DNA of 63,794 nucleotides, the filler included, from Pelomyxa schiedti (Eukaryota; Protista; Evosea): assembly GCA_020536535.1 (NCBI GenBank). It is 8 parts of 8 records of this genome, joined end to end, with 100 filler letters (N's around TTAATTAATTAA, not from the genome) between each part and the next. Parts side by side here need not be neighbours in the genome. Positions count along the whole stretch, not along the records: positions 12,577 to 31,002 come from JAHLWZ010000143.1; positions 31,103 to 36,228 come from JAHLWZ010001521.1; 6 more parts are not named here. One strand, written 5' to 3'. The notes under the pieces were generated by a model. The model saw nothing but the letters and a program-made list of their open reading frames with translations. It made no database searches and had not been told where the DNA came from. Within the stretch, counting starts at the first letter, position 1; every line of letters begins with the position of its first letter. Positions 22,327-35,016 of this stretch are shown piece by piece. The translations under genes were made by a program, and so were the position numbers.

Positions 22327-24918
22327 CTACTGACGAAAGAGGGTGAATAGAAAGAGGAGTAGAAGAATGTGGGTGTGTGGCCCTTTGGGACTTGTGCTGC
22401 CTGTGCTAGTGCTAGTTATAATTGGGGATGACGATGTAGGGGAGGGCGAGGTGTATGACGATGCTGGATTACTGTCTGTGCCAGAGTGGTGGTGATTGGA
22501 AGAGCCGCTGCTATCGCGGCACTCGGATGATGAAACAGGGAGAACTAACTGGAGGAGGTCAGGATACAGTATCAATATCAAATGGTGGAGAGTGAAACCT
22601 TGGAAGTTGGCGATATATATACGTTATTGGAAGCATTGACTGGTGTCACAGTGTAATCTGCCCAAATGTCCACCCCTTAACCGTACTGAGCATAAAATAT
22701 GAAGGACAATCAACTACCGGTATTGGCGTTTCTATCGAATATCGGATAGTTTGATGAAGTTACAATTATCCCAATGCTGTGGCTGGGAAGAAATACCCAC
22801 GAAAGGGGGTTTGTGATCTCAACAATGACTGAATAATGGTTAATACATCCGACCTTGGTAATATTCATCTCTTACGGGAATTCCTCTGCCCCTCTTTATA
22901 ATTTGGGGTGTATTTAAGTCTTTGAGCTCCATCACCAATCAAGTAATGAACTATGGGCATGATAAATTGTATACCAGTGTACTATGTACTACTTTTCTTG
23001 GAGTTGTTCCAATATACATCCACAAGCCTCACCATGAAGTCAGTGTCCACACAGGTTGTACTGACAGAAAGATTGGCGTAGGTATTGCCTTCAATAAGCA
23101 AGCAGGAAGATAGCGGCTGTTGTAGGGGTAATAGAGGCAAAATAAGATTGCTGTATTGACCTCTGACTCAAACAACAAATAGTCATTGCGAATCAGAACT
23201 TGGTCTTGGTCATGGGGTCCATGAAACTCTGTTGACGAGAACGTTGTTCCACCCTCGGTGGGGGATGGATCGTATGGTACGTAATTGATTGATAAGATCT
23301 TTTCCTCTGCTGGGGGAGTGAGTTGTAAAGTACCGTCTGCATGTGGGTACAACTATTTTCTGTTACGGTTTGGAGGGGGAAAAGATAGGGAAAAACAATA
23401 CATTCAGTGCTTCAGATTGAGGGGGAAATTGTTGTACAGAGTGTATTTCTGAGATAGATTCATTGAGTCTTAGATATCTTATTGGCGACCAAGAGTCAAC
23501 ATCATTTGATCTTAGTTGAAGGTGGTCAAAAACTTGCCTTGCACTTGCTGTGGAAACCTACAATCCACGAAGGTAACGATCATAGAATCGAGAAGCATGG
23601 GATTGGATGATGAACGAAGTATCCACGAACATATCTTCTTCAGGGCTCAATGTCGCTCCACCTGTTATTCTTGGATCAGGTAATAAAAAATAAAAGCAGT
23701 ACCAGTTGCAAAGTGTATCCAAGGACCATAAAGTAGTTTATGTTTAAGTCTGATAGCTGAGTCACCGTAATCATGTAACTCTGCAAAACTATCCAACATG
23801 TATGAGTGGTCCCACCAACCACCAACAAGAAGTGCTGGCACCTTAGAAGTATCCAAACATGAACTTAGATGTTTGGAAAGAAATTTATTTTTAATCTAAT
23901 TGAGACAGAGAGGGAATACTGTACATGAATATCAGCTGGATCATATTGCGATTCTATTTGCTTCCATATCAAATTATATGAAGGTACGAGCAAGACATAA
24001 CTCACAGAATAGCCCTATTCTACATTGTTAAGACCTTTTTATACCTGAAAGTCGTGCATACTAAAGAAAGCAAGAAATGGTAGTGGTCAAGATACAAAAT
24101 TCCACCGGGATAATACGTTTTGTATAGAACCTGAGGTTTGTTGAATAAATGCATGAAGACGCAAAATGAGAATGTTCCAACCTGAAAGTCATGAAATACA
24201 GGGACTATACACTTGAGATGAGGAGGGTTTTGTAGTGCTCCCCTGAACTGGGCTTCTGCCAAAGCTGAGGCACCAAACATTCCTATGTTACCATCACTGA
24301 GTGAAGGGTTCCCCGCAATCCACTCTATAATGTCATGGACATCCCAACCTTAAAAAGCAGAGATGTTAACTTACGCATGTCTGAATAAAATAGAAATACC
24401 AAGCTGTGTTGAATTGCCCATTTTGCCACCAGACTTTCCTCTTCCACGCCAGTCACAAACAACTATCGTGTAGTTGCAATTATTGAATACAGGCTGGGAC
24501 TGCCCCCATAGCACACTCGTCCTCAATGACTCTATTCCTTTAAATCCAATAAGACTGATTAACGCCAACTTAAGTTCTCCCCTTCCCCCCGCACAACGTT
24601 TTTACTTTTTTTCAAAACAGATCACAGACCATAAGGCGTGTGCACGTAAACAGCAGGACCAGCCGCAGATCCAGATCTCGTAGCCGCCCAGCACCACAAA
24701 TTCACACCATCTCGCGCAGTCACATTGTAATACGCACCAATCGTAGTGCACGCAGGGGACCCGCCGGCAACTGCAACTGCACCCGCAACGAAACCTCTAT
24801 TCAGAAGATGTGCACCACGATCTGGGCCGTCCTTCTCTGTTGGTGTTTCACACGACTCTATCGCGACTGACGCCAACACCGCCGCTGCGACCCACCATAA
24901 CCGAAAAGATGTTTTCAT
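22327..24918 (-). CDS. Secreted CocE/NonD-family (peptidase S15 / PepX-C) serine hydrolase with an S/T stalk and hydrophobic C-terminus
   Basis: Signal peptide; ARDGVNL; VHTPYG; DWRGRGKSGG; SDGNIGMFGASALA (nucleophile); LLVGGWWDH; LYGPWIH; YDPSPTEGG; TSSNYPIFDRNANTG; tail ...SPKGPHTHILLLLFLFTLFRQ*. Confidence 0.88.
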
Positions 24919-24994
24919 GTACGCCGAAATTGAATCCAAGAAACGTAGTTTAAGTTAAACTCAGAAAGGAAGGTAAGGCAGGAGAGGAGAGCCT

Positions 24995-26438
24995 TTACGA
25001 CACCTTGATGGGGAGAAGCATGACAGTTCCATAAAATGCAATCCCGGCAATGATAGCAATAATAATTGACAACCATCTATTCCGATTTGTCCCTAGTTCC
25101 TGGCAACAAGTGAGTGACAGAATAGCTGGTAGAGGAAAGTAGAATTACTAAGTGTTTTGGTATTGCTGGTGTGGAGTTGATCAAGTTCTGAAGTCTTGCC
25201 ACAATCTCATTTGAAGAAGGCTGCTCACTCACACTCACACTTGTGCACTTAAAAAATCCGTTAGAGCTTCACATTGAGAAGTCATTAACCATTTTCATCA
25301 AATCTTTGAAGCTCTCCTCCCATTGTTTGTTGGCATGAAAATTGCCAAACCCATTCATGGCCTGTCATTCTTCATTACCAGAGTAACACAGTAGAGATGA
25401 TACCTCTTGAATCATTATTCCAAAACTAGTCATATTGAGTGTTTTAATGTAATCATCTGATTTAGCACCTGTAGACATCATCTGATTTGGTTGGAACGTC
25501 ACCACTTGATATGCCTGGAGGGTATATACTCCTCTCTATTATTCCTCGCTTACGTGCAGGTCCCCCTTCAGGGGCAGTCAATCCAAAATCACAAACCTGC
25601 CATAAGTTTTTAAAAAGGAGGAAAAACAGATTGCTACACACCAAATACTTCTCTTTGCCCGATTCTCTGCACACAAGGACATTCCGCCACGCCAAGTCAC
25701 TATATAACATAAGGGGAAAAATAAAGGCAAGTAACTCACCGGTGGACATAGCCTTTCATGTGGAAAAATAGCATTGCATTAGCTACATCCTATTCAACTA
25801 TTACTCACAAGAACCAATGAGAGTAGGGATACATGGAGCATGCATAAAATAGTTTGGAACGGCAGCAACTGACCATAGTACATCATTTGTACACTGCCAT
25901 TTTGGGAGTGACGATCCCCTCGCCTTCAGGGAAATGGAGCACACCCAAGAGGGGCAACGTGTACTCACATGACAGTTCACAGTGCAGCTGAGCTTCTAGT
26001 GCCACTTCAGCCTTCATTTCTTCAGCTCTTCGACATGGCCAGACATCCGGTAGGGGGAAATACTTCACAGCGACAGGTTTTATGACTTTCCTTCTTCTCT
26101 TGGGCTCCCTAGGTCTGCAGTCAGCAGCATAAACCTTACAGTAGATGATTACGACTTTAGAACATATACAGAGGTACGGGAGCAAAACTGCCTGAATCGA
26201 CGTATATGAGGGAATCAAAGGTCACTTGATAAGTCAGGTCTGCAATTGGTTTTGGCACCTGGGCCGAAGCTGAGCAGACACTCACTACGTAAAGAAAACC
26301 CACATCACTGCCAAAGACTACCCGGAAGGCAGTCGATATCAGCCTCTTCGAAGACTGGTTGGGACAGCGCATGTTTTCAGAATTGTATAGGGGTCCTGGA
26401 AACGGGGAATCATAGGATTTTGGAAACGGCGAGTGCAT
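24995..26438 (-). CDS. Divergent tyrosine-kinase-like protein kinase with a C-terminal transmembrane tail
   Basis: VDSGSFA; VAVK; spliced VHR|DLAWRNVLV; CDFGL; last exon NRWLSIIIAIIAGIAFYGTVMLLPIKVS*. Confidence 0.75.
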
Positions 26439-26825
26439 ATGGACGTTAGTTGTCTACTGTGGTGAGGTGACTTCGCGTAGTTCTAAGTACGGTTCTCACT
26501 GATGGATTTTAGGGGAAAACTACCTCGAATCTGATCAAGGTGGGACACCCTGAACAGATTCTAGGGCCTTTATAAGGCCGGCACAACTCCATTGTAGTTA
26601 CTCAAGCAATAAGCAACAAAGTAAAAACACAAAACTTCTGTGTTGGTACTTGTGTCGAAAGTAAGAAGCCCAAGTAAAACAACAACCATCAACACCCCAG
26701 CACACCTCACAGCACTACCTAAGCCCAATCTACCTCGGAACAACTACTTCCTTTTTGTTTTGTTGTACGTATTATGAAACCAACTTGTTTTCCCAAACGA
26801 TGGTTTGAGAATTTATGAGTAAAAA

Positions 26826-28087
26826 TTAACTTCTCCCATTGATTAGCTGTACGGCGGATAAAAACGTGGGATTGGAGAGGAACTCATGGGGTGGTATGTA
26901 TTGGAATGTGTATGGTACCACACATGTTGGATCACAGGTGGTAGTACCAAGTGCCCCGTATGAGGCATTGTCGTAGTCACAAATCTGTTGTGTATTTAGG
27001 GCTGAAGATGGTATATTCGGTTACCTGTAAGTGTGCATTTATGTGTGTGAAGTAGGGTGGGGGCTGAGATGTCACTGAGCGAACTCCGGCAGTTCCCAGT
27101 GCCTTTGACACATGTTGTGATGTACCATTACAGTCACCAAGTACAATGAGAGCTATTGGGGCAGTGGAAACCTCCTATTTAATTATATTAGAAAGGTTCA
27201 CTTGCGTTTTGTTGGTTGTTTGTTACTTGCTCTATATCATGAATGTACTGGGAAAGGATGGAAAGCCCTGATCCGAAAGGAACGTGAGTTCCAACCACTC
27301 TCAACTCAAAGGCAGGATTCCCATCAGCACCAACAACAGTGAATCTGCAGTCAACAATTGCGTTGTGTGGCTTTCCTTCATATGGGACCCAGAACCAGTT
27401 TTGAAGTTGAGTGCGTTCCTTGTTGTACATTACAACCGTGTGATTTGCATCCGCGCCACTGGCTGAGCTCCACACACCTTCCACCTTTGCCGGATCCATT
27501 GATTTAAGCTTCTTCAGCATACCTCCTCCAACTTCTTGTAACGCAAGGACATCCACTCTCCCTTCGTTGAACAAATCTTTGATGACCTGCAAAGTTTTAA
27601 GTTCTCTCACAGTAAGTCCATCTCCATGCTCTGCCCTATAGAAATGTATTTTCTTTAGTTTTCATCAGTTTCAGCATTTCATTCATTTATATATCTACTT
27701 ATTGAAGTTGCTCTTTATAAACAGCCCCCGCTCCAAAACCCATAAGTGACAATTGTAAGAAATGGGCACCATCACTCACGGATGATCGTCAGCCGTGATC
27801 GCACTGCCGTTGAGTCCCTGCTCGTCCTTGTAGATATATCGCATGAAGGCGGTGTTGAGGCAGTTCCAAGACGCAACCCTCGCGGACGCGCCCTGTGGCT
27901 GCTGCTGCTGCAATTGGGGCGCAATTGACACGCAGATGGGCAAGTGGTCCGAGCAAAACTGCCACCTCGATCCCGCCTTGTCCCCGCTGCGCAGTCCCGA
28001 CGACGACGCCGTGGTCGCGCCTCCTCCCCCGCGGCCTCGTCCCGTGGTTGTTGTAGCTGTCGTGGCACCTCTGCCTCGTGCGGCCAT
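26826..28087 (-). CDS. Endonuclease/exonuclease/phosphatase (EEP) family protein, circularly permuted motif order
   Basis: Motif order: SDHLPICVSI, ASWNCL, VDVLALQEV, VGTHVP, IVLGDCN, YFTH, CDYDN, then stop at 26826. Confidence 0.82.
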
Positions 28088-28260
28088 TGCTCTCGTATGA
28101 ACGAAAAAAAAACGAAATAAGGAAATGCGGATCTGACAGAAAGTCGCGTGCCAAGCAAATTCGGAGTTGAGAAAGGTAAGATACAGTGGCATCACTGTTG
28201 AAAACTACATCTTGGGTGCGAATGGAATTCTTATTGTGTTCGTTGTATCGTTGTACTGTA

Positions 28261-29042
28261 CTAGTATCTTCCGTATGTGGATGGGGGTCGGGACTGCATT
28301 GTTGGAATTGCCATTGTTGTGGATTGAACAGGAGCACGGATTGGTTCCCGCAAGTTGCGTGGCTTCCACCACTCGGGGCGGCAGTAATCGTTGCACTCGT
28401 GGTGAACAAAGAAGTCGTTGATTCCTTGTGGTCCGAGGTCTGTGACTCCAAAGCTCCTTGTGGCTGACATGATGACTGGATCGCTGATCACCGCCGCGTC
28501 TCTGTACACTCCACCTTGAAGGTCGCACAGCAGCTTTTTGCCTCGATTGATGTGGTAAGAAAAGTGACTCAGTGCTTGCATGACTTGGCCCCACGGTGTG
28601 CCATCCTCGGACCAACCAGTGTTGGAGTTGAACTTCTCCCAGTTCTCAATGAATGGCTCCACAAGAATCTTCTCACCCTCCCGCTCCCCATAACATTCCC
28701 AGACCTCCGCTCTGTTCACGAGTATCGGTTTGTTGACAAAGTGTGCATCATTCCACTCCTGCACAATTGACACTGCCTCGTCGAGGGCGAGAATATCCCG
28801 TTCATAGAAATGCTCCTCGAAAACGGCACCCTCTTTGAACCACTTTGCCACGCAACGCTGTCCGGAACGAGTCCCTGCACGCCGGTGAAACGGCAAGCAC
28901 AAGTGGGGGGAAAAAAACCTTCGTTGTAAGTGCCCATACCAACCCATCGAAACGCGCCAGACGTGAAGGGACGAAGGTCAACAACAGCATGATTGGACAG
29001 GTTCTCCCTAACCGATGTCCAACGGTAGTCGTGCGCCGCCAT
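28261..29042 (-). CDS. Stand-alone alpha-kinase (eEF2K/MHCK family), one intron
   Basis: PFTSGAFR; CVAKWF; LVEPFIENWEKFNSNTG; QALSHFSYH; LLCDLQG; SDPVI; FGVTDLGPQGINDFFVHHECNDYC. Confidence 0.95.
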
Positions 29043-29147
29043 CAACGAGGAGAGATTCTGAACATTTTCCCAGAATCCATCACTCTTATTTTCGCCGTGA
29101 TGTTGCTGCACACCGACTAAAGCTACGAAACAACTGCACGCAGCGGA

Positions 29148-30882
29148 ATGTGTGGTCTTCATGTTTCGTCACCTGCGCCGCCGTCGTCCGCAGCCGGCGT
29201 CCCACAAGTAGCGACCAAGCCATCGAGCCCACCATCTGTCCTGACCACGAGAGCGGTTCTGTGGTCGCACCAAATGGAGGCGCTCGCCACAGCGACGCAC
29301 GCGCGGTGCGGGGCACAGAGCCCCGCGCGGCGCCTGACCCCGCCGTTGCTCGCTGCGGTGTGCCACGCGTTCTGGGACCCATCTTCATCATCATCTTCAC
29401 CACCATCAACAACGACGCGGCTGAGTGATCACGGCGAAGGTGATACAAATGGTGGTGGCGTCGCCGTGGTGGATGTGGCTCTGGGCGTGCGTGTGAGGCA
29501 AGTTGCGTCGGGAGGAGAGACAGATTCGGCTAAGACACATGGAGATGGATACGGCGACGATGGCGTGGCGGTGGTGTCTAGTGACGTGGTGTGTGTCAGC
29601 GTGTGCGTGCCTCTGCTTGCTGTCTTAAGTGTGAAGAATCTGGATCGCACGAAGGCACTCGAGCAAGAGAAAGCTATTCTCTCGGCCCCGACGGTTGATC
29701 GTCGGAGTGGTTGTGATACAGCTTGTGATGGCTGGAAACTCATTGGCCCACATGGTGACCGTATCATCAAGATGTCGAACTCAAATGGTCCAGGCAGGGG
29801 AACCTTCTACTTTATGCCTGGCGATTGTGATCGTGGTGTTCCACAAGGAGGGGCCGACAAGCCTGTGGTTGGACCCAGGTTTCTGCTTCAGGAAAACTAC
29901 CGTTCAGTTTCGTACAAGTGCCAGGCAGGTACCAGCAAGTGGTGGGCCTGCTGTGACACCAGGGAGCTGTTTTTGGTTGATCTATGCAACAAAGGGAGAA
30001 TTGCAGGGCATCATTTGGAGTATGGCCTCTTTGTTGATCAGCTTTTCCGCAGCGAGGTCAATCCAAACGAGCTTGTTGTTGTTGTGGTTAATTCTTACCC
30101 CCATTTCTTTGTTTTTGATGTGGAGAGCAGCCTCAAAACAGAGAATCTGACCCCTGTGAGTTCAACAAACTGTTGCATTTTTGGCGTTTCCCAGTATCTG
30201 TCAGCCATCATGTGCATGAAGAATTCAGGCAACAGGGTGTTTATTGTTCAATACCGAGACCCAGCTGACAAAACACTGGAGCAGAGCGTCATCTTCAACG
30301 TGGAGGAGGAAACAGGATTTTCCAAGGTTGTGACTGATTCTGTTCTGAAGCTGTGCCATTTGACACAGTCACTGTTNNNNNNNNNNNNNNNNNNNNNNNN
30401 NNNNNNNNNNNNNNNNNNNNNNNNNNNNNNNNNNNNNNNNNNNNNNNNNNNNNNNNNNNNNNNNNNNNNNNNNNNNACTGGAGCAGAGCGTCATCTTCAA
30501 CGTGGAGGAGGAAACAGGATTTTCCAAGGTTGTGACTGATTCTGTTCTGAAGCTGTGCCATTTGACACAGTCACTGTTCTGCACCTTGCACCGTTCCTCA
30601 GGCACCTCCACCACCACATCGCATCAGGGCATGTGTTGCCGAATCTGGGACTGCAATGACACATCAAATCCACTGAGAGTGATCCAGGACGCGGTGGAGG
30701 GTTGTGTGAGCATTGATGCCACTTGTGGCCTGCTGTTTGTCTGCACCAGCAACAACCAAATCAAGGTGGTTGATGCACTCTCTGGTGTTGCGCTCGCCAC
30801 ACTTGAAGTTCCCCCTTCGTTCTCTCTCGAACTCACCCAAGTCGTTGGCTCTGCTTCACTCCACCAGTCCAAGAGTTGCTAA
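29148..30882 (+). CDS. Lineage-specific 'RCGARSPAR-motif' family protein (motif + putative beta-propeller); spans a 100-N gap with duplicated flanks
   Basis: WSHQMEALATATHARCGAQSPARRLTPPLLAAVCHAFW; FFVFDVESSLKTENL; C-terminal IKVVDALSGVALATL. Confidence 0.75.
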
Positions 30883-31102
30883 ATAAGAGCTTTCAAGGGG
30901 AAGAAAAGTTTCCAAACACCATAGAGAGTACCACAGCACCGGAATCATTCTTTTCATTTTCCCAGAAGAAATCTTGTTTCGTTTTTTTCTCAAGATCCTG
31001 CANNNNNNNNNNNNNNNNNNNNNNNNNNNNNNNNNNNNNNNNNNNNTTAATTAATTAANNNNNNNNNNNNNNNNNNNNNNNNNNNNNNNNNNNNNNNNNN
31101 NN

Positions 31103-31493
31103 GCCGGAAATGTCCGCTTCTGTGCCGGTAATCTCCCCCAAAATGAACGCGATTCCACAGTATGACTCTCGTGGTGCAATCACGGTTCCACCATGCCGGA
31201 TTTCTCTATCGGCACTATGATGCCGGTATCTCATGCGCATGATGCCTCAATGTCGCCAAGAGATTGACGATTAATAGAACTGATGCCTTCAAAGACAATT
31301 TTTCATCCGCTTCCACGGTGATGAAGACGACGCGGTACCGCGCAGTGACAACGACGATGCCTATGCCGAGCGTGCGCAAATGGTGGGTACCCGTTGTAGC
31401 ACTCGCCTTTCGGCGACGGTGATGTCCGTGAGGTTGTTCCAGTTGCGATGAAGCGCGTGTGGTGCGCGATACAGAGTGATTGTTAGAACGCAA
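31103..31493 (-). pseudogene. Fragment of the same lineage-specific family
   Basis: SVLLIVNLLATLRH matches the family mid-motif (compare LIVIDLMGTLEH in 54717-55418); stops follow. Confidence 0.35.
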
Positions 31494-31959
31494 CGATCAG
31501 CGATCCACGTGGTGGTTGAGATGATCGTGCTCGAACGCGGTCTCGTCGCGTGCGATGTCGCGTTGTGTGCGGAATTTCTGGCTCAGATCAGAGCCTCTCA
31601 CCAACGTACATCCTCTCTTTTTACAATCAACCCACTCAGCAAATTTTAGATACCACCACTGCCGGAATGAGCAAACACCAGAACAGACTTCAACTCACTT
31701 TCATTCCCCCACACCTCTCCCTCTATCTCACTCTCCACTCCTGCTCTCCACCACTCTCTGGTTCAGCGAAGTTGGCGAGGTTTGCTGCAACACAACAACA
31801 TCGGGAGTGGATAAGGTGAGGCTGTGAGCGAGTCAGCGGCGATGTTGGTTGTGAGTCAGCAACATCAGGAGATCCCTCTGCAATGGCTCAACAAGCTCGA
31901 GCTGGAAGAGGCAAAAAAAATTACAACAAACACTTTGTTCTCTTTATCTTGGCTAAAAC

Positions 31960-33330
31960 TTACAGTGCATGGAACTGAAATGAACCCACCTGGAAGTTGG
32001 GGTGAACCGGAAGGGAAACAACAACCTTGCCAGATGAACAGTCAATGATATCGACGTGAGTGTGCTGCCCCCCATCATCACCACCACCACCACCATGGCC
32101 AGCAACAAGGAATGCAACAAACCCACTTGCCCCAAGCATCGAGAGCACCCTTGCAGGGTCGTAATTGAGGTGGAACACGTTGTGCGGCTCAACGAAATCC
32201 TCATCAGTGGAGAACAGCGCCACGTCCAGGCCGTTGTGGATGCTTGGTGTGACTTCGACAAAGTGCCTCATGTCAACCTTGAGCGGCTCGACTTGGCAAT
32301 TCCTCAGTACCTTGCGTGGATTGAGGCTCCTCACGTCATACTGTGCAGGTTGTTGGCCCGGTCGATGCCTCATGATTCCAATGGCTGGGTACTTCTCAGA
32401 GCAAAGCAGCTTCTTCACCAGGCCCTCTCCGATGCCTGGGAAACTTCCCTGGATGCACAACTTCTTTCTGTTGTAGCTCTGCTTGATATTTATCACCACA
32501 ACCGATTCTCTCTCTCTACAGACCACCCAAACTGCAGCCAAATCCGCTCTGTGGTTCACGAAATCAACGCAGGTGAAGCGGGTGTCAGCTTGGAGGATCC
32601 TTCTCCTCTTGCCCACCACCCACTTTGTGCTGCCGCTTCTGCTATCAGCTTCTCCAACATCAGCCCGTACAGGAACAGGCCACACGCGCAGTCCACCGCC
32701 ACACTGGAGTGCCCACTTCCCATTGCACACATACCAAGGCCACCCCTTCTCATGGTACTCAAGCTGACACACCTCCTCCTCCACATCACCACCACAATTT
32801 ACAACCCGCAGGCAAGAGGTTTTCTGGTTACAGGATGTATCCCTCGGCGCCACCAAGGCCACCTGCCCGCTCAGCCACGTGCACCACCATCCATCAACAG
32901 GCCGCTGGCAGAGGGGCACCAGCACCCCACCAGTGCGTGACACGCCAAAGGCCATGCTGAGGTCTCCCCCATAACGCCATCCATAGTTGAGCTGCACAGC
33001 GAGGGTTGCGGTGCGGTGCAGCACCCACCTCCCAATGTGGGCCAGGGTGGCTGGGGCAACATGGCGCACAGGGCTGATGTGCCCGCATCTGGGCAAGAAA
33101 ACAGCAGAGCACAGGGCAACCATTTGTTCATGGGCCCACACGATGCGGGGTGGAGCAGGCTGCAGTGGGTGGAGTGAGGCCCATGCAGATATGATGGGGC
33201 TGGGTTCGTGGCCACAGGGGAAGGTAATGTTGCGTTCACTGTAACTGACATGATCATTGTCAGCATTGCCTGTCAATTTCATTTTCTGCCCCGGGGTGAA
33301 GTCTACAGTGGCACCACCACAGCACTGCAT
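31960..33330 (-). CDS. 'RCGARSPAR-motif' family protein (intronless 456-aa ORF)
   Basis: WAHEQMVALCSAVFLPRCGHISPVRHVAPATLAHIGRWVL; CNGKW; VVVINIKQSYNRKKL; VDIIDCSSGKVVVSL. Confidence 0.75.
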   Translation of the reverse strand: MQCCGGATVDFTPGQKMKLTGNADNDHVSYSERNITFPCGHEPSPIISAWASLHPLQPAPPRIVWAHEQMVALCSAVFLPRCGHISPVRHVAPATLAHIGRWVLHRTATLAVQLNYGWRYGGDLSMAFGVSRTGGVLVPLCQRPVDGWWCTWLSGQVALVAPRDTSCNQKTSCLRVVNCGGDVEEEVCQLEYHEKGWPWYVCNGKWALQCGGGLRVWPVPVRADVGEADSRSGSTKWVVGKRRRILQADTRFTCVDFVNHRADLAAVWVVCRERESVVVINIKQSYNRKKLCIQGSFPGIGEGLVKKLLCSEKYPAIGIMRHRPGQQPAQYDVRSLNPRKVLRNCQVEPLKVDMRHFVEVTPSIHNGLDVALFSTDEDFVEPHNVFHLNYDPARVLSMLGASGFVAFLVAGHGGGGGDDGGQHTHVDIIDCSSGKVVVSLPVHPNFQVGSFQFHAL

Positions 33331-33339
33331 TTACACCAT

Positions 33340-34633
33340 GTTGCAGGTTAGCTGTTGTTGGATGAGAAGGGAAACGTACATTGTATGCAGTTGTTTGCAT
33401 CAACAAGTATGCCAGCTTTGGTGCCTTCTTTCTGGAAAAGTACTGTGTGAATGGGTTCTCTGGTTCAACCAGTTCTTTAAAGGAATGTGCAATCTAGCAC
33501 AGAATAAGAACAACAAAGATATCTATCAGGTCTTACCCAATACTCCACCATGGCTACAAGATCGCGGTTTGGTGTAATAATAAAATCAATGGCACCCATC
33601 CTGCCTGGCTGTAGCCCAACTTTCGGTAACCCCTGACAGTGTTTCCAGGCAACCTTGAAAATTTCCCAGAACTTGGACATGTGCCTGTGTTATAGTAACA
33701 GGTGGGATGAGTGAAAGAGAGACTAGTCTGAGAAAAAGTGGCAGCTACACACTTATGAATAAATCTCAGGCTCTTTGCATAGTAATCCATAAATTTCGGA
33801 GGGAGTGCAGGTATAAACCCAGCATTGGGCTCCCTCTCAACCATGAGTAAGTACAAACCAGGATCATCTGATGCAAGGTCACGCCAGATTCTTTGTGCCT
33901 GTTAGTTTTCACATAAATAAGACTGGGCACATACATGATAAGAGTTAGTAAAACTCGTTTCCAGTACCAAAGGCTTTCCCTGTCTTTCGGTGATTGGAGG
34001 TTTCTTAATTTACAATACTGCTCAAGTTCAGCCAGATCCATCTTTGCAATTCTGCAGTGGAATGGATTATTTTCCACTGGTAGGTTCTTCTCCTTCAAAT
34101 TATTTGCAGTGACTTGGTGACAGATGTAATTGCACCGCTGCAGAGCCATATGAGCGTCCTGCATTTCGCCTGCAAAGTGGAATGCCAGCAACACAGTGTC
34201 CCTGTGAAACATTAATAATTATGTTCAGTCATAAGTCACTCTGGTGGTGGGTTTTGGTATTGGATTCAAAACAAAATGAGAGATACAAGAGAGAGAATTC
34301 CGCATACGGTGGCAAGAACATGAATCTCTCAACAGTGTAAGGAACAAAGAAACTTCCCACCTTGCCTGACTCCACCCTCCCACAATGGCCAATCACCGTG
34401 GTGAACAGTGTGTTTACATCGGCGTCGTGGCACTGCATCTCGGTGGGGATCTGCGCAGCCAGTGTCACCTCGGGATCCCACAAGTACGGCTGCGTGCGGC
34501 CGGCGTCTACGAGGGCGCGGAGGTCGCGCTCGGACCGGGCCCACCTCGTGTCCACCATCACTTCCCTCATGACAGCCTCTCGCCTCGTGCTCGTGGTAGG
34601 CTCCTCGCTGTTGTCGTTGCCGTCATGCATCAT
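33340..34633 (-). CDS. Hypothetical multi-exon gene of unknown function; possibly the 5' part of the 31960 gene or partly decayed
   Basis: Consecutive protein-like ORFs (34633, 34212, 33856, 33680) with a GC-rich first exon and a plausible intron at about 34305-34202; no family recognised. Confidence 0.4.
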
Positions 34634-35016
34634 CGTGATCTGCCCCTTCTGTCTCGAATTTTTGTGGGTCTAATGATGTCAAAAACCACTGTCAGACAGA
34701 GGGCAGATAGTTGCCCTGGAAGAAACACAGGTGAAGAGGAGGTTAAAACAGAGGAGTTGGTGAGTTGGTTGCAGCAGTCCCCTTGATCAAGTTTTCTGGA
34801 AACATACAAAAACGCGCACAACGACACCTCAACACTCTGTTCAGATCTCAGGAGTCCTTTGTTGGTCAGAGGAATTGTTCCCAACTTCCCAGTCACATCT
34901 GGCATTCATTCAGGGGGGGTCTTCTCAGAGCTCGTTTCAACAGGGGAAAATTCCCCTTTTGATCGGAACGAAATTCAAACAACCATAAAAATCAAAAAAG
35001 AAGAGAGAACGAGACG

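Noticed and set aside
32056-32940. 294-aa plus-strand ORF
   Set aside because: Antisense to the 456-aa family gene that carries the conserved motifs
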